From Verrucomicrobiota bacterium (GTDB taxonomy: Bacteria; Verrucomicrobiota; Verrucomicrobiia; Limisphaerales; Palsa-1400), in contig JBEKYR010000057.1 of the NCBI GenBank assembly GCA_049510745.1, forward strand, positions 1-27,948: a stretch of 27,948 nucleotides of DNA, in the 5' to 3' direction. The notes under the pieces were generated by a model, which did not search any database, had not been told where the DNA came from, and saw nothing but the letters and a program-made list of their open reading frames with translations. Made by a program: the position numbers and the translations under genes. Below are positions 17,441 to 26,768 of this stretch, in pieces; positions within the stretch are counted from its first letter, which is position 1; each line of letters begins with the position of its first letter.

Positions 17441-20400
17441 ATGAGAATCTCCCCCCGCTCGACCAGGACGACCGCCATCGTCGCGGTTTTTCTGCTGCTG
17501 TGGGCCGCGCGGGGCTTTTGCCAGAGCGGGCCACCACCCATTCCGCCCGACCCGTTCCTGGACAGCTATTCGTTTGAGGATACCAATTGGCTGTCAGATT
17601 TGAACTATCCGCCGATTGCCTTTACCAATCTAGTCAGCGTGGAAGTTTGGAACTGGCCCGCCCTCCAACTGGATACCGGAAACGCCTCTCCGGCGTATTT
17701 GCAGTACCGCGTCGTCGAGACAAACGGATATGCCAATCTCAATTTTAGCGCCGGTGTGATCTATTGCATTTTCATCTGCGATTGGGCCAGCGCGGATACC
17801 AACCAGGGCGGTTCGGGGCCGGGCTCGACCAGTTACCTGGTCGGGGCGGGAGACTGGTCGAGCGGTTCGCCAAAGGGGTTGTGGCGGATTTATATCTCCC
17901 CGGAGGGCACGAACATTTCCTTCGGCGGGGTCAGCAATGGGGTGTCCACGAATTATGTCAGCGCGCCGATTTCCTGGCCGGCCGGCTCGATCCATTTGCT
18001 GGGCTTGTCCTATTCCAGCAACACCGTGATGTATCTGGACGGGCAGGAAGTTGCGACGGGCGGACCGGTGGCCATTGTTCCCTCGACCAATGTGTCGAGC
18101 AATGCTTGGTTTGTCGGCTCGGATTCTTGGGGCTATGAGCAAGCGCAGGCGATTTTCTGGTATTTGGAATTCGACAATACCAATGCGCTGTGGGAATTCG
18201 GCCCCGGGTCTTTCACCAACGGGTGGAACTGGATGACCAATTCATATTATGCGTGGTTGGCGGCGCAAGGGGGATTTCATTTCGATGGCAGCAGCGGTTT
18301 CAGACTCCCGCCGACACCCACGAACACATTCAACACCAATTATGCCGCCTATACGAACTGGTGGATGTTGATCCAGTTCGCCAACAGCCCGAAACAGGCT
18401 CTTGTAACCCTGATCAATCCGGGATTGGGGTTGACGTATCTCATCGAGACCAACGCGCATCTGGAGCCGGTGGCCTCCACCAATTGGCAACCGTGGGTCA
18501 CGTTGGTCGGTTCCAACACCGTCACACCAGCGCCGCTGCTTACGCTGGGGTCCAACGCCCTGTATTTCAGCGCCTTTTTGGTTTGGGAGAGCACCGGCAC
18601 AAACTTGCTTCCCGATTGGTGGCAGATGGAGTATTTTGGGCACTTGAACGTGAATCCTTACGCTGATCCAGACGGCGACGGGTTGTGCAACCTGGATGAA
18701 TACCTTCTGGGCCTCAATCCGACCAACGCCCATACGCGCTCCGCGCTGCACACCGACGCGCAAGCCTTGGTGCTGGCCTACACGAACGATTCGGCGTGTG
18801 TTTATCATCTTTCGATCACCAACGGGCCGAATACGAACACGCTGCTCGTCACAATGTGGCCGACGGCGGTGGGAACCAACTATCAGATTTACAGTCAGGC
18901 CGGAAGCGGCGCTCCGTGGATTGTGGAAACCAATTTCCTCGGCACCAACACCTCGACCACGGTTGCCATCAGCTTGAACGGGAGAACCCTTTCGCTCATT
19001 GGGGGGTACGGCGAGGACAGCGACGGGGACGGGCTTCCGGACGGCTACGAAGTCCTGGCCACGCACACCGACCCGTATTTGGCGGACACCGGCATGACGG
19101 GAATACCCGACGGTTACAAGGATCCTGACGGCGACGGCTACAGCAATCTGGAGGAGTATCACAACGGCACCAATCCGCTGGTGTTTGACACGCCGGCGGC
19201 GCCGCCCGGATTTTTCGTTGATCCGACCGGGGGAGGCAACAGCTTCCTCGTCGGATGGCAGCCCGCGTCCGGTCCGGTGCAAGGATACGTATTGACCATT
19301 GCCGATCTCCATAATAATACACTAGCCACAGTCGACCTGCCGGCTTCTCAGTTAATTTACGCCTACACGAATTCGGCCGCCTACCGATTTTACCTCAAGG
19401 CCGAGTATGCGGGCGGCCTTTCATCTGCAAATTACATAGTGGCTCCATCAACAAATGAACCTTCGTACGTCGCGCCGAACGCCGTGGTCAATGGACCGGG
19501 CGGCCATCGTTATTTGCTGGCGTCGCCCATCTTGCCTGGAGTCGTCGGATATAATGTGACGGAGTATTCCTATAGTGAACCATACCCGATAAATGACAGC
19601 AAGTACATGCAACCGGGGGGATACTATCCTGGTGGCACAAATAAATCCTTCTTTGTTTCCACTTCGCGCTTCACGAACGGAATGGCGCAATTAACGGATG
19701 CGGAAGTGCCGCCTTACAGCCAGTGCGAGTTTCTGGTTCAGGCCGTCAAGTCGAACGGGAAATCGGGAAACTTTTACGTGTCCGTTGCGGCCCCCGATGG
19801 GGATTGGTGCATGGCTATGCCGTTTGTTGATGGAAGAACGCAAATGGTTCAGAACGTCACCTACCTTTTGAGAGTGGCCAGCGCAACGGCGCCGTTTAGC
19901 GACGATCTCACCGTGTGGCCCCGGTCATCACAAACCGGTTACGCCACAAATTACGTGTATTCGGATTTTTTCTACATGTATGCCGAGGCTCCCGGTGCTA
20001 ACTCCACCCCTTATCTTTCTGGTTGGAATAACTTTGCGCCCTTCGAGGACAATTATTTTTACCGCAATCTGGTTTTCGATTCCAGCCAGATCGACGGAAG
20101 CGGGAATCTGGACACCGGGTTCACGGTCGATTCGGGGGGTGGATACCAAGCGTTGACGTACACTTTAAGCTATTTGCCGCTGGCCTTCACATTTCCGACC
20201 TACAATTACGTAACCAATAGCAACCAGGCGCCGGTGCCTGCGGTTCTGTCCCAGGCCAACACCGACTGGCTGGGATACAACAATGACTGGGGAGATTTTG
20301 GCGTGTCGTTCGCGAACTCGCTCTACTCGATGGCAAACACACCTAATCTTTACGGTCTGCCGGTGACGTCGTTAAAGATTTGCCTTGGCAGCGGAAACTT

Positions 20401-22579
20401 TACGACCCTTTCCACGGGGGGCAGCACCCCAAACATGGGAAATTTCTTTACGTCCGCCGCGCAACCGGTGTTGCACACCGTGGATTATTACTTCGCGCGG
20501 ACGGGATTTGTTCCCTCCGGTTCCGCATACCTGCCCGATCCGATGCCCGACGCTCCCGACGGCTCGTTTAGCGTCACGAACACCACCGCGCCAGTGATTC
20601 TGGACACAGTGGGTCAATCGCTCATCCTGGCTGGCTACGCCAAAGAGGCGGTTTCCAATGGTTACAGCGGGGTTTTTGCTTATGTTGGGCAATACTTCAC
20701 GAACGCCCTTCTGATGAGCAACGGCGCGGTGACCACAAACCAGGCGGGAATCGTGTCGGAGTACGGGGAGTTCTTTCCGACGCTTCCGGGACACGTCGCC
20801 CTGATGACCAAGCCGGACCCATTCCAGAATAACCTGCAAGGGAGGTGCGAGATTGACGTCATCCGGCTCTCCTTGGATGTGAATCATGACGGCATCATGG
20901 ATGAGAGTTTTACCGGCCCTGATAACGGCGGCTACACTTTCTGGGCCAATAATGACTACGATAGATGGCACACCACGCTTCTCGATGGAACGGTGGAGGA
21001 CGATCTTCAATCGGCGGCACAAACCGATTGCAACTACACGAATGCCGGAAATCGGGCCATTCCTTGTCCGCGCGACTTGGAAGATTATGCCCGGCTATGG
21101 GTATCAGGTGTTTCAAATACATTGCCGCGCTTGCCAACCGGCAGCACGGTGACGGTGAATTGGGAGGACCATTTCGACGATAATGGAAATCCTACCCAGG
21201 CGGGCAATCCGACCATTGATCTTTTCCAAGCCGCCGATGCGGACGGCGGCATTGGATATTTGACCAACCTGACCACAGCCAGCAACCAGATTAATACCAA
21301 CCTGTGCCGTTATGTTGGAAGGCTCGGGCCAGGCGGGAGCATCCAGTTGAACGATTGCAGCTATAGCAACTGCTGGGCGGGCGACCATTACATCTTTTGC
21401 GGCGTTGCCTACGGTTCCGGTAATTTGGTTTTGAACATCATGGACGCCAGCAGCAACGTCCTGGCCCAATCCTTACAATCCATCCAAATTGTTGACATCA
21501 AACAGATGTATGAACGCTGGACGGTTGGGGAGAATGACGACAACCAACCGCTGGCCACCGTGGCACCGATGACCACCCCCGAGTTGGTCACAGACGGCCA
21601 ACCAAAGTTTAGGTATCCTTACGATCCGGCCTATGACACCAATGACACCTACATTCTTTTCGTGCATGGCTACAATGTGGCGACATGGGAAAAGGACTGC
21701 TTTGCCGAAACAGCCTACAAACGACTTTACTGGCAGGGGTATCAGGGGAGATTTGGAGAGTTCCGCTGGCCAACGTATAACAGCGCACTGCTTTTTACGC
21801 TGAGCGAACGCCAGGCTTGGCTTTCCGGCGCGGGATTACTTAATCTTCTGGATACTCTGAACTCATACTATCCTGGTAAGGTCTATCTCCTGGCCCACAG
21901 CCTGGGTAATGTTGTGGCCGGACAAGCATTGCGCTTGACCGGAGCCAACCACGTTGTCAACACTTACGTAGCCTCGCAGGCCGCCCTCTCCGCACGCGCC
22001 TATGACAACACCATTCCAACCGACGCCACCAATTATTACACCCCCATTTCACCCGACTCCATCGGCCGTTATTACACCAACACATCGCCGCCGTATTTTA
22101 ATGGAATTGGCGGGGCAAGCGCATTTGTGAACTTTATCAACACCAATGATTGGGCCTTGATGGGCGACTCGCTGTTCACTGGGCATCCGGGCTGGCTTGA
22201 GATTCAACAGGGCAAACTGCTTCTGACGACTCAACCCATGAGTCCGTCCAACCCGCAGGAATACTGGTACACAACGCCCTCGTCGAATCATCCGTCTGGA
22301 TATTACTTTCAGAACGAGCCGATTGGTCCGTACCGCAATCTGCTTTTCACGAACGACACGTTCGAGATTTTTTCGGAGGCGGCGCAGTCGTATTCAAAAG
22401 CTTTGGGCGCCGAACCAACAATTCCTGTGGGATTTGCTCGCAGCGTGAATTTATTCGGTGCCCCATATAATTTTGGGGCGACCCACTACGGCCACAGCCT
22501 TGAATTTCGCTCTGATAATATGACCACGGCAGTTTATTGGCACGAATTGCTTTCCTTCGGATTTAACATTCAACCTTAA
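17441..22579 (+). CDS. Large secreted multidomain protein: LamG-like domain, DxDGDG Ca-binding repeats, FN3-like domain, C-terminal alpha/beta-hydrolase (DUF900-like)
   Basis: Signal peptide; jelly-roll motif HLLGLSYSSNTVMYLDG; three DxDGDG motifs; ILFVHGYN (His codon at 21665), FRWP, YLLAHSLG nucleophile elbow (Ser codon 21899), DWAL and terminal HYGHS. Confidence 0.85.
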   Translation: MRISPRSTRTTAIVAVFLLLWAARGFCQSGPPPIPPDPFLDSYSFEDTNWLSDLNYPPIAFTNLVSVEVWNWPALQLDTGNASPAYLQYRVVETNGYANLNFSAGVIYCIFICDWASADTNQGGSGPGSTSYLVGAGDWSSGSPKGLWRIYISPEGTNISFGGVSNGVSTNYVSAPISWPAGSIHLLGLSYSSNTVMYLDGQEVATGGPVAIVPSTNVSSNAWFVGSDSWGYEQAQAIFWYLEFDNTNALWEFGPGSFTNGWNWMTNSYYAWLAAQGGFHFDGSSGFRLPPTPTNTFNTNYAAYTNWWMLIQFANSPKQALVTLINPGLGLTYLIETNAHLEPVASTNWQPWVTLVGSNTVTPAPLLTLGSNALYFSAFLVWESTGTNLLPDWWQMEYFGHLNVNPYADPDGDGLCNLDEYLLGLNPTNAHTRSALHTDAQALVLAYTNDSACVYHLSITNGPNTNTLLVTMWPTAVGTNYQIYSQAGSGAPWIVETNFLGTNTSTTVAISLNGRTLSLIGGYGEDSDGDGLPDGYEVLATHTDPYLADTGMTGIPDGYKDPDGDGYSNLEEYHNGTNPLVFDTPAAPPGFFVDPTGGGNSFLVGWQPASGPVQGYVLTIADLHNNTLATVDLPASQLIYAYTNSAAYRFYLKAEYAGGLSSANYIVAPSTNEPSYVAPNAVVNGPGGHRYLLASPILPGVVGYNVTEYSYSEPYPINDSKYMQPGGYYPGGTNKSFFVSTSRFTNGMAQLTDAEVPPYSQCEFLVQAVKSNGKSGNFYVSVAAPDGDWCMAMPFVDGRTQMVQNVTYLLRVASATAPFSDDLTVWPRSSQTGYATNYVYSDFFYMYAEAPGANSTPYLSGWNNFAPFEDNYFYRNLVFDSSQIDGSGNLDTGFTVDSGGGYQALTYTLSYLPLAFTFPTYNYVTNSNQAPVPAVLSQANTDWLGYNNDWGDFGVSFANSLYSMANTPNLYGLPVTSLKICLGSGNFTTLSTGGSTPNMGNFFTSAAQPVLHTVDYYFARTGFVPSGSAYLPDPMPDAPDGSFSVTNTTAPVILDTVGQSLILAGYAKEAVSNGYSGVFAYVGQYFTNALLMSNGAVTTNQAGIVSEYGEFFPTLPGHVALMTKPDPFQNNLQGRCEIDVIRLSLDVNHDGIMDESFTGPDNGGYTFWANNDYDRWHTTLLDGTVEDDLQSAAQTDCNYTNAGNRAIPCPRDLEDYARLWVSGVSNTLPRLPTGSTVTVNWEDHFDDNGNPTQAGNPTIDLFQAADADGGIGYLTNLTTASNQINTNLCRYVGRLGPGGSIQLNDCSYSNCWAGDHYIFCGVAYGSGNLVLNIMDASSNVLAQSLQSIQIVDIKQMYERWTVGENDDNQPLATVAPMTTPELVTDGQPKFRYPYDPAYDTNDTYILFVHGYNVATWEKDCFAETAYKRLYWQGYQGRFGEFRWPTYNSALLFTLSERQAWLSGAGLLNLLDTLNSYYPGKVYLLAHSLGNVVAGQALRLTGANHVVNTYVASQAALSARAYDNTIPTDATNYYTPISPDSIGRYYTNTSPPYFNGIGGASAFVNFINTNDWALMGDSLFTGHPGWLEIQQGKLLLTTQPMSPSNPQEYWYTTPSSNHPSGYYFQNEPIGPYRNLLFTNDTFEIFSEAAQSYSKALGAEPTIPVGFARSVNLFGAPYNFGATHYGHSLEFRSDNMTTAVYWHELLSFGFNIQP

Positions 22580-22586
22580 TCCACTC

Positions 22587-23471
22587 ATGTGGCGCACTCC
22601 TTTTACTATGAATGCATTCACTGCAACTCTAGCAGCTTGGTTATTTCCAGCGGCGTTGATGGCTCAGGCCGAGGACCCTCATATAACGGGCAACGTTCCG
22701 ATAGCGTTTTACGGAAAGGTCGTTGACCAGAACAATCGGCCTGTGTCGGACGTCAAGGTGTGCCTCGAAGTCCGCGTTGGCTATTATACATCACCTACGA
22801 CAGGAAGAGAGAGATGGGACCCGATTTCCGTGGAAACCGACGCTGAAGGGAATTTTGTTTTAAACAATGTAATGGGGGGCTTTGTCCAATTTAAAACAAT
22901 CGAGAAGGAGGGCTACAAACTGTTGCCGAAACAAGCCAAGGAGGGCTTTATGTATTACCCAGCGCAATTTCATCCAGACTCCAATAATCCGGTTGTTTTC
23001 AAAATGTGGAAAAAGGGTGGGGCTGAACCATTGGCTGGTTCTGCGTGGCACGGGAAAGTGGCATGCGATGGCACGCCGATAGGATTCGATTTGCTCAGCG
23101 GGAAGCAAACAAAAGATGGAAACCTCCGCATAATCTGTACATTAACCCCGACGGACGCAAAATGGGGGAACCAGATTCTTTCGGATTATAAGTTGCAAAT
23201 TTCGATTACCGGCGGAGAAATCCAGCGAACCTCAGACGACTTTACATATCTGGCTCCGGAGAAGGGCTACCTACCGTCCGTGACGATTGAGGAAAAGGCC
23301 GCTGATCCAAACCATCGTAATGCCGAACTAGAGCAAGAATTTTACATCAAGACACCCGAGGGTCGTTACGGCAGACTTTCAATCGACTGGGCAGCTTGGC
23401 AAAAGCCGCCGACCCATCTCGAGTGGGATTGCTCCATCAATCCATCCGGCTCGCGCAATTTGGAGAGGTAA
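22587..23471 (+). CDS. Exported protein with carboxypeptidase-regulatory-like domain; candidate immunity/partner protein
   Basis: 7 nt after the hydrolase gene; signal peptide (alternative ATG 22608); FYGKVVDQNNRPVSDVKV...TDAEGNF...KEGY; ends INPSGSRNLER; low GC. Confidence 0.8.
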   Translation: MWRTPFTMNAFTATLAAWLFPAALMAQAEDPHITGNVPIAFYGKVVDQNNRPVSDVKVCLEVRVGYYTSPTTGRERWDPISVETDAEGNFVLNNVMGGFVQFKTIEKEGYKLLPKQAKEGFMYYPAQFHPDSNNPVVFKMWKKGGAEPLAGSAWHGKVACDGTPIGFDLLSGKQTKDGNLRIICTLTPTDAKWGNQILSDYKLQISITGGEIQRTSDDFTYLAPEKGYLPSVTIEEKAADPNHRNAELEQEFYIKTPEGRYGRLSIDWAAWQKPPTHLEWDCSINPSGSRNLER

Positions 23472-23491
23472 TCCATCTTCATCAAGCAAAT

Positions 23492-23639
23492 CTCACGAAG
23501 CAAACGGGTTCTGCTTGGTGTTGCGGGGGAAGAGGCGGGGGGCGGCGCAGACGCCGCCCACGAGGTAAACCCATCCAATTATGAGATGGGCGGTAAAAAA
23601 GAAGGACAGGCCGAGCAAGTCGATTGTGTGCCAGGCGTA
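23492..23639 (-). repeat. Right island boundary repeat (functional 3' end of host gene)
   Basis: 141/148 identical to 16781-16928. Confidence 0.95.
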
Positions 23640-24311
23640 TGAAAAGACCGCCGCCGCCATCAGTAACGCCCCGGGCATGAGCGCCGCCGAGGCCAGCCGC
23701 CAGGCCCCGACCCACGACAGGTTGCGGTCCGCAAACCACCCCAGGAACATCGCCGGCGCCACATAAACCGTCGCCATCGCCCACCAGGCGGCGAACAGCA
23801 GCAGGACCAGGGCCACCCCCAAGCCCGTCCATAACACCGGTTGCCATGCCCCCCACCATGGCTCCAAGTGGGTTCGGCTTAAGTCCAGCGTTGTCCCTGT
23901 TCCATAGTCGAACTGCCATCCCCAATCAGGCTGGAACACTGAGCCGACGCACAAATCGGCCGGGCGCAGTTGGATTTGGAGGTCGGCACCCTGCCCGATT
24001 TCCCTGCCGGGTTCGGGCGTGACGGCGATGGCCAGGAATTTGGACTCGGAAATCAAGGCGCCCGGTACTCCCTGCAACTGGCCGCCGGCCAGCCGGGCTG
24101 TTTCCGGCATTTTTTGGATGGCTTGCAGGATGATGGGCGAGTAGCTGCGCTGCAAAAACCAGACAACGGCGGCGCTGAAAACAACCGCAGCCAGCAGTTC
24201 GACCACCAGCAAGCGGCCCAGGCGCGCGCCGGCGAAGGCCGCCACTCCGCCGAAAGTCAACGGCTGCCAGGCCGGCGCCGGCGGAGCCGAACCATCGGCA
24301 GCGGAGTTCAT
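23493..24311 (-). CDS. Hypothetical integral membrane protein
   Basis: One N-terminal and about three C-terminal TM segments around a soluble loop; 4-nt start/stop overlap with the upstream gene; host-like codon usage. Confidence 0.85.
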   Translation of the reverse strand: MNSAADGSAPPAPAWQPLTFGGVAAFAGARLGRLLVVELLAAVVFSAAVVWFLQRSYSPIILQAIQKMPETARLAGGQLQGVPGALISESKFLAIAVTPEPGREIGQGADLQIQLRPADLCVGSVFQPDWGWQFDYGTGTTLDLSRTHLEPWWGAWQPVLWTGLGVALVLLLFAAWWAMATVYVAPAMFLGWFADRNLSWVGAWRLASAALMPGALLMAAAVFSYAWHTIDLLGLSFFFTAHLIIGWVYLVGGVCAAPRLFPRNTKQNPFAS

Positions 24312-24739
24312 TGGCCCTTCTTCGGCCCGCCTTCGGCCGGCGGTTCCGGCGGCACGACGCTGATCAAAAACGGAAAGCGCAGTTTCATCACGTCATCAAC
24401 CAACACTTCGACATTGTAAGCCCCCGGCGTTTCTAACTTGACCTGCCCCCAGAAGCTGACCGTGGTGCGGTTGTGGGTCACGTCCTGCAACGCGAAGGTG
24501 ATTTCCCCCTTGCGCAACACGGTCGTCTGGTCCGGCGCCAGCAGCCGCACCGATTCGATAAACTGGCCATAGCCCGCCGTCCAGCGGTTAAACAGGCACA
24601 GATTCAGCGTGAGGGGCAGTTGCGGCAGGCGGAGCGCGTTGAAAACGCCGATGAGCAGGAAATTGCCGTTCATTTCCTGGCGGACTTCTTCACAGAGCAG
24701 CGAGCATTGCAGGTCGGGCAAAATTCTTGACGGATTCAT
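24308..24739 (-). CDS. Conserved hypothetical beta-sandwich protein (DUF6941-like)
   Basis: LLCEEVRQEMNGNFLLIGVF...PGAYNVEVLVDD pattern; operonic position after folD. Confidence 0.75.
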   Translation of the reverse strand: MNPSRILPDLQCSLLCEEVRQEMNGNFLLIGVFNALRLPQLPLTLNLCLFNRWTAGYGQFIESVRLLAPDQTTVLRKGEITFALQDVTHNRTTVSFWGQVKLETPGAYNVEVLVDDVMKLRFPFLISVVPPEPPAEGGPKKGQ

Positions 24740-24760
24740 TTTGTGGCAACGTTAATGGGT

Positions 24761-25666
24761 TCAAGGCGGAGGGTTCAGGCGCGCGGCCCGTTCGGCGGCG
24801 CGGACGGTGTTTTGCAGAAGCATGGCGATGGTCATCGGCCCGACGCCGCCGGGATTGGGCGTGATTTTGCCCGCGATGGGCTGGACGGCGGCGAAATCAA
24901 CGTCGCCCACCAAACGCGCCCCGCCCTTGGCCGCCGGGTCCGGCACGCGGTTGACGCCCACGTCGATTACCACCGCTCCGGCTTTGACCATGCCGGCCTT
25001 GACAAAGTGCGCCGAGCCAAGCGCGGCGATCAGAATGTCCGCGCGGCGGCAGTGGGCCGGCAGATCGCGCGTCTGTGAGTGGCAGATGGTCACGGTGGCG
25101 CCGGCGTTTTTCGCCTTTTGCAGCAAAATGGCCGCCATCGGCTTGCCGACAATGTTCCCGCGACCCAGGATGACCACTTCGGCGCCCTCGATGGCCACGC
25201 CGGAGCGGATGAGCAACTCGTGTATCCCCGCCGGCGTGCAAGGGCGGAATCCCGTCGGGTCGCCCAGCATGAGTTTGCCCGCGTTGACCGGGTGGAAACC
25301 GTCCACGTCTTTTTCCGGGGCGACCGCGCCGTAGATGCGGGCCGCGGAAATGTGCCGGGGCAGCGGCGCTTGCACCAGAATGGCATGGACGGACGGGTCG
25401 GCATTGAGGCGCGCGATCAAATCCAGCAGGTCCTCCTCGCGCGTGGTTTCCGGCAGAACGCGCGTTTGGGACGCGATGCCCACGCGCGCGCTGGTCTTCT
25501 CCTTCATCCCCACATAGACGCGGGAGGCCGGGTCTTCGCCGAGGCGGATGAAGATCAAACGCGGCTCGATTCCGAGCGCCTTGACCCGCGCCACCCGTTG
25601 GGCGGTTTCCCGGTGAATCTCTTCGGCGATGGCGCGACCATCAATAACATTGGCGGCGGACATCAA
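24761..25666 (-). CDS. folD: Bifunctional methylenetetrahydrofolate dehydrogenase/cyclohydrolase
   Basis: IDGRAIA, DPASRVYVGMK, PEKDVDGFHP, PCTPAG, GRGNIVGKP, VIDVGVNR, ITPNPGGVGPMT. Confidence 0.98.
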   Translation of the reverse strand: MMSAANVIDGRAIAEEIHRETAQRVARVKALGIEPRLIFIRLGEDPASRVYVGMKEKTSARVGIASQTRVLPETTREEDLLDLIARLNADPSVHAILVQAPLPRHISAARIYGAVAPEKDVDGFHPVNAGKLMLGDPTGFRPCTPAGIHELLIRSGVAIEGAEVVILGRGNIVGKPMAAILLQKAKNAGATVTICHSQTRDLPAHCRRADILIAALGSAHFVKAGMVKAGAVVIDVGVNRVPDPAAKGGARLVGDVDFAAVQPIAGKITPNPGGVGPMTIAMLLQNTVRAAERAARLNPPP

Positions 25667-26766
25667 GGCATCAATTCGGCGCTTTGCACCTGCAACACCG
25701 GCGTGCGGGGCCAGCGTGCGTCGATGACTTCCGGCCCTTTCACCGACACGCGAGTGCCAACGTATATTTTGAAATTCATGCTCGCCGGTGGCTGTAAATA
25801 CTCCGTCAGCGCGCCGCTCTGGATGTCGTGCAACTCGTAATCCGTCGGCGCCTGCACATTGTAAGCTTTGTGGACGAATCCCTCGCGCGTCACCACTCGC
25901 GGCTCCGCCGCTTCCGGCGCCGGAGTCGCCGGCGCGGGTGCGGGAGCAGGCGCGGGCTGGGCGGCGGTGGTTTGACGCAAAGCGGCCAATTCCTGGTCCG
26001 TCTCGGTCTGCGAAGTCGGCGCGGGAGCGACCGGCGCGGGAGCAGCCGGGGCCGGTTCAGTCACCGCTGGCGGCGGGGCAGCGGGCGGGGCGGCGTTGAC
26101 GACCTGGGTCGGCGGCGGCGCGGGGGCCGGCGCCGGCTGGACATCGAGGAATTGCGCCGCGACATAGGCATAGGCATTGCTCGGGGCCTGGATCGCCAGC
26201 CAGCCGTTCTGACTGCGGACTTCCGTGATCGCCGCGCCCTTTTCCAGGCCGCCAACGATGCTGTAGTTCTCGCCCGGACCGCCGCGCAAATTGATTTTGC
26301 GAACCTTGACGGTCTTGGTGTCCGAATCAACGAACTGTCCGTCCACCCACACGAGAATATCCGCGGGCATGGCGATCTGCGACCACGCGGCCGGCTCGCC
26401 CTGTTGCGGGCGGCTCAACGTAATCTGTTCCTTCACCGTGACCGTGTCGCCCTTCTTCAAATGGCCGAGCACCTCGCCGTTGAAAGACGGCTGGCCGCGC
26501 ACATTGACGGCGTCGTTCTTGACCAGGGCCGCGGCGGGCGGGTCAAGAGGAATTCTGCTCTTGACTTTGACTGCCGCGCCTTTCTTTTGGGGCACGGTCG
26601 GTTTGGGTTCGGCGGCGGGCGCGGTTTCGGGCGCCGGAGCGGCCACGGACGGGGCCGGAGCGGCCGGGGCGCCGCCAGGAGGCGGGGCGGGAGTGGTGTC
26701 CTGCGCCAGGACCGCCGCGGCGGTCAGTGAGAGCAATGCCGGGAAAAGCCAAAGGTTCTGTTTCAT
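25663..26766 (-). CDS. Exported protein with two bacterial SH3 domains and Pro/Ala linkers
   Basis: Signal peptide; VNVRGQPSFNGEVLGHLKKGDTV and INLRGGPGENYSIVGGLEKG SH3b motifs. Confidence 0.88.
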   Translation of the reverse strand: MKQNLWLFPALLSLTAAAVLAQDTTPAPPPGGAPAAPAPSVAAPAPETAPAAEPKPTVPQKKGAAVKVKSRIPLDPPAAALVKNDAVNVRGQPSFNGEVLGHLKKGDTVTVKEQITLSRPQQGEPAAWSQIAMPADILVWVDGQFVDSDTKTVKVRKINLRGGPGENYSIVGGLEKGAAITEVRSQNGWLAIQAPSNAYAYVAAQFLDVQPAPAPAPPPTQVVNAAPPAAPPPAVTEPAPAAPAPVAPAPTSQTETDQELAALRQTTAAQPAPAPAPAPATPAPEAAEPRVVTREGFVHKAYNVQAPTDYELHDIQSGALTEYLQPPASMNFKIYVGTRVSVKGPEVIDARWPRTPVLQVQSAELMP

Positions 26767-26768
26767 AA

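Larger units (their letters stand above)
16929..23639. mobile_element. Genomic islet (~6.7 kb) inserted at the 3' end of a host gene, no integrase
   Basis: Bounded by 148-bp direct repeats 6711 bp apart; visibly lower GC than flanking core genes; contains an XRE regulator and two exported-protein genes. Confidence 0.75.

Noticed and set aside
16781..23639. Diversity-generating retroelement template/variable repeat pair
   Set aside because: Mismatches are not adenine-specific and are mostly synonymous, and no reverse transcriptase is present.
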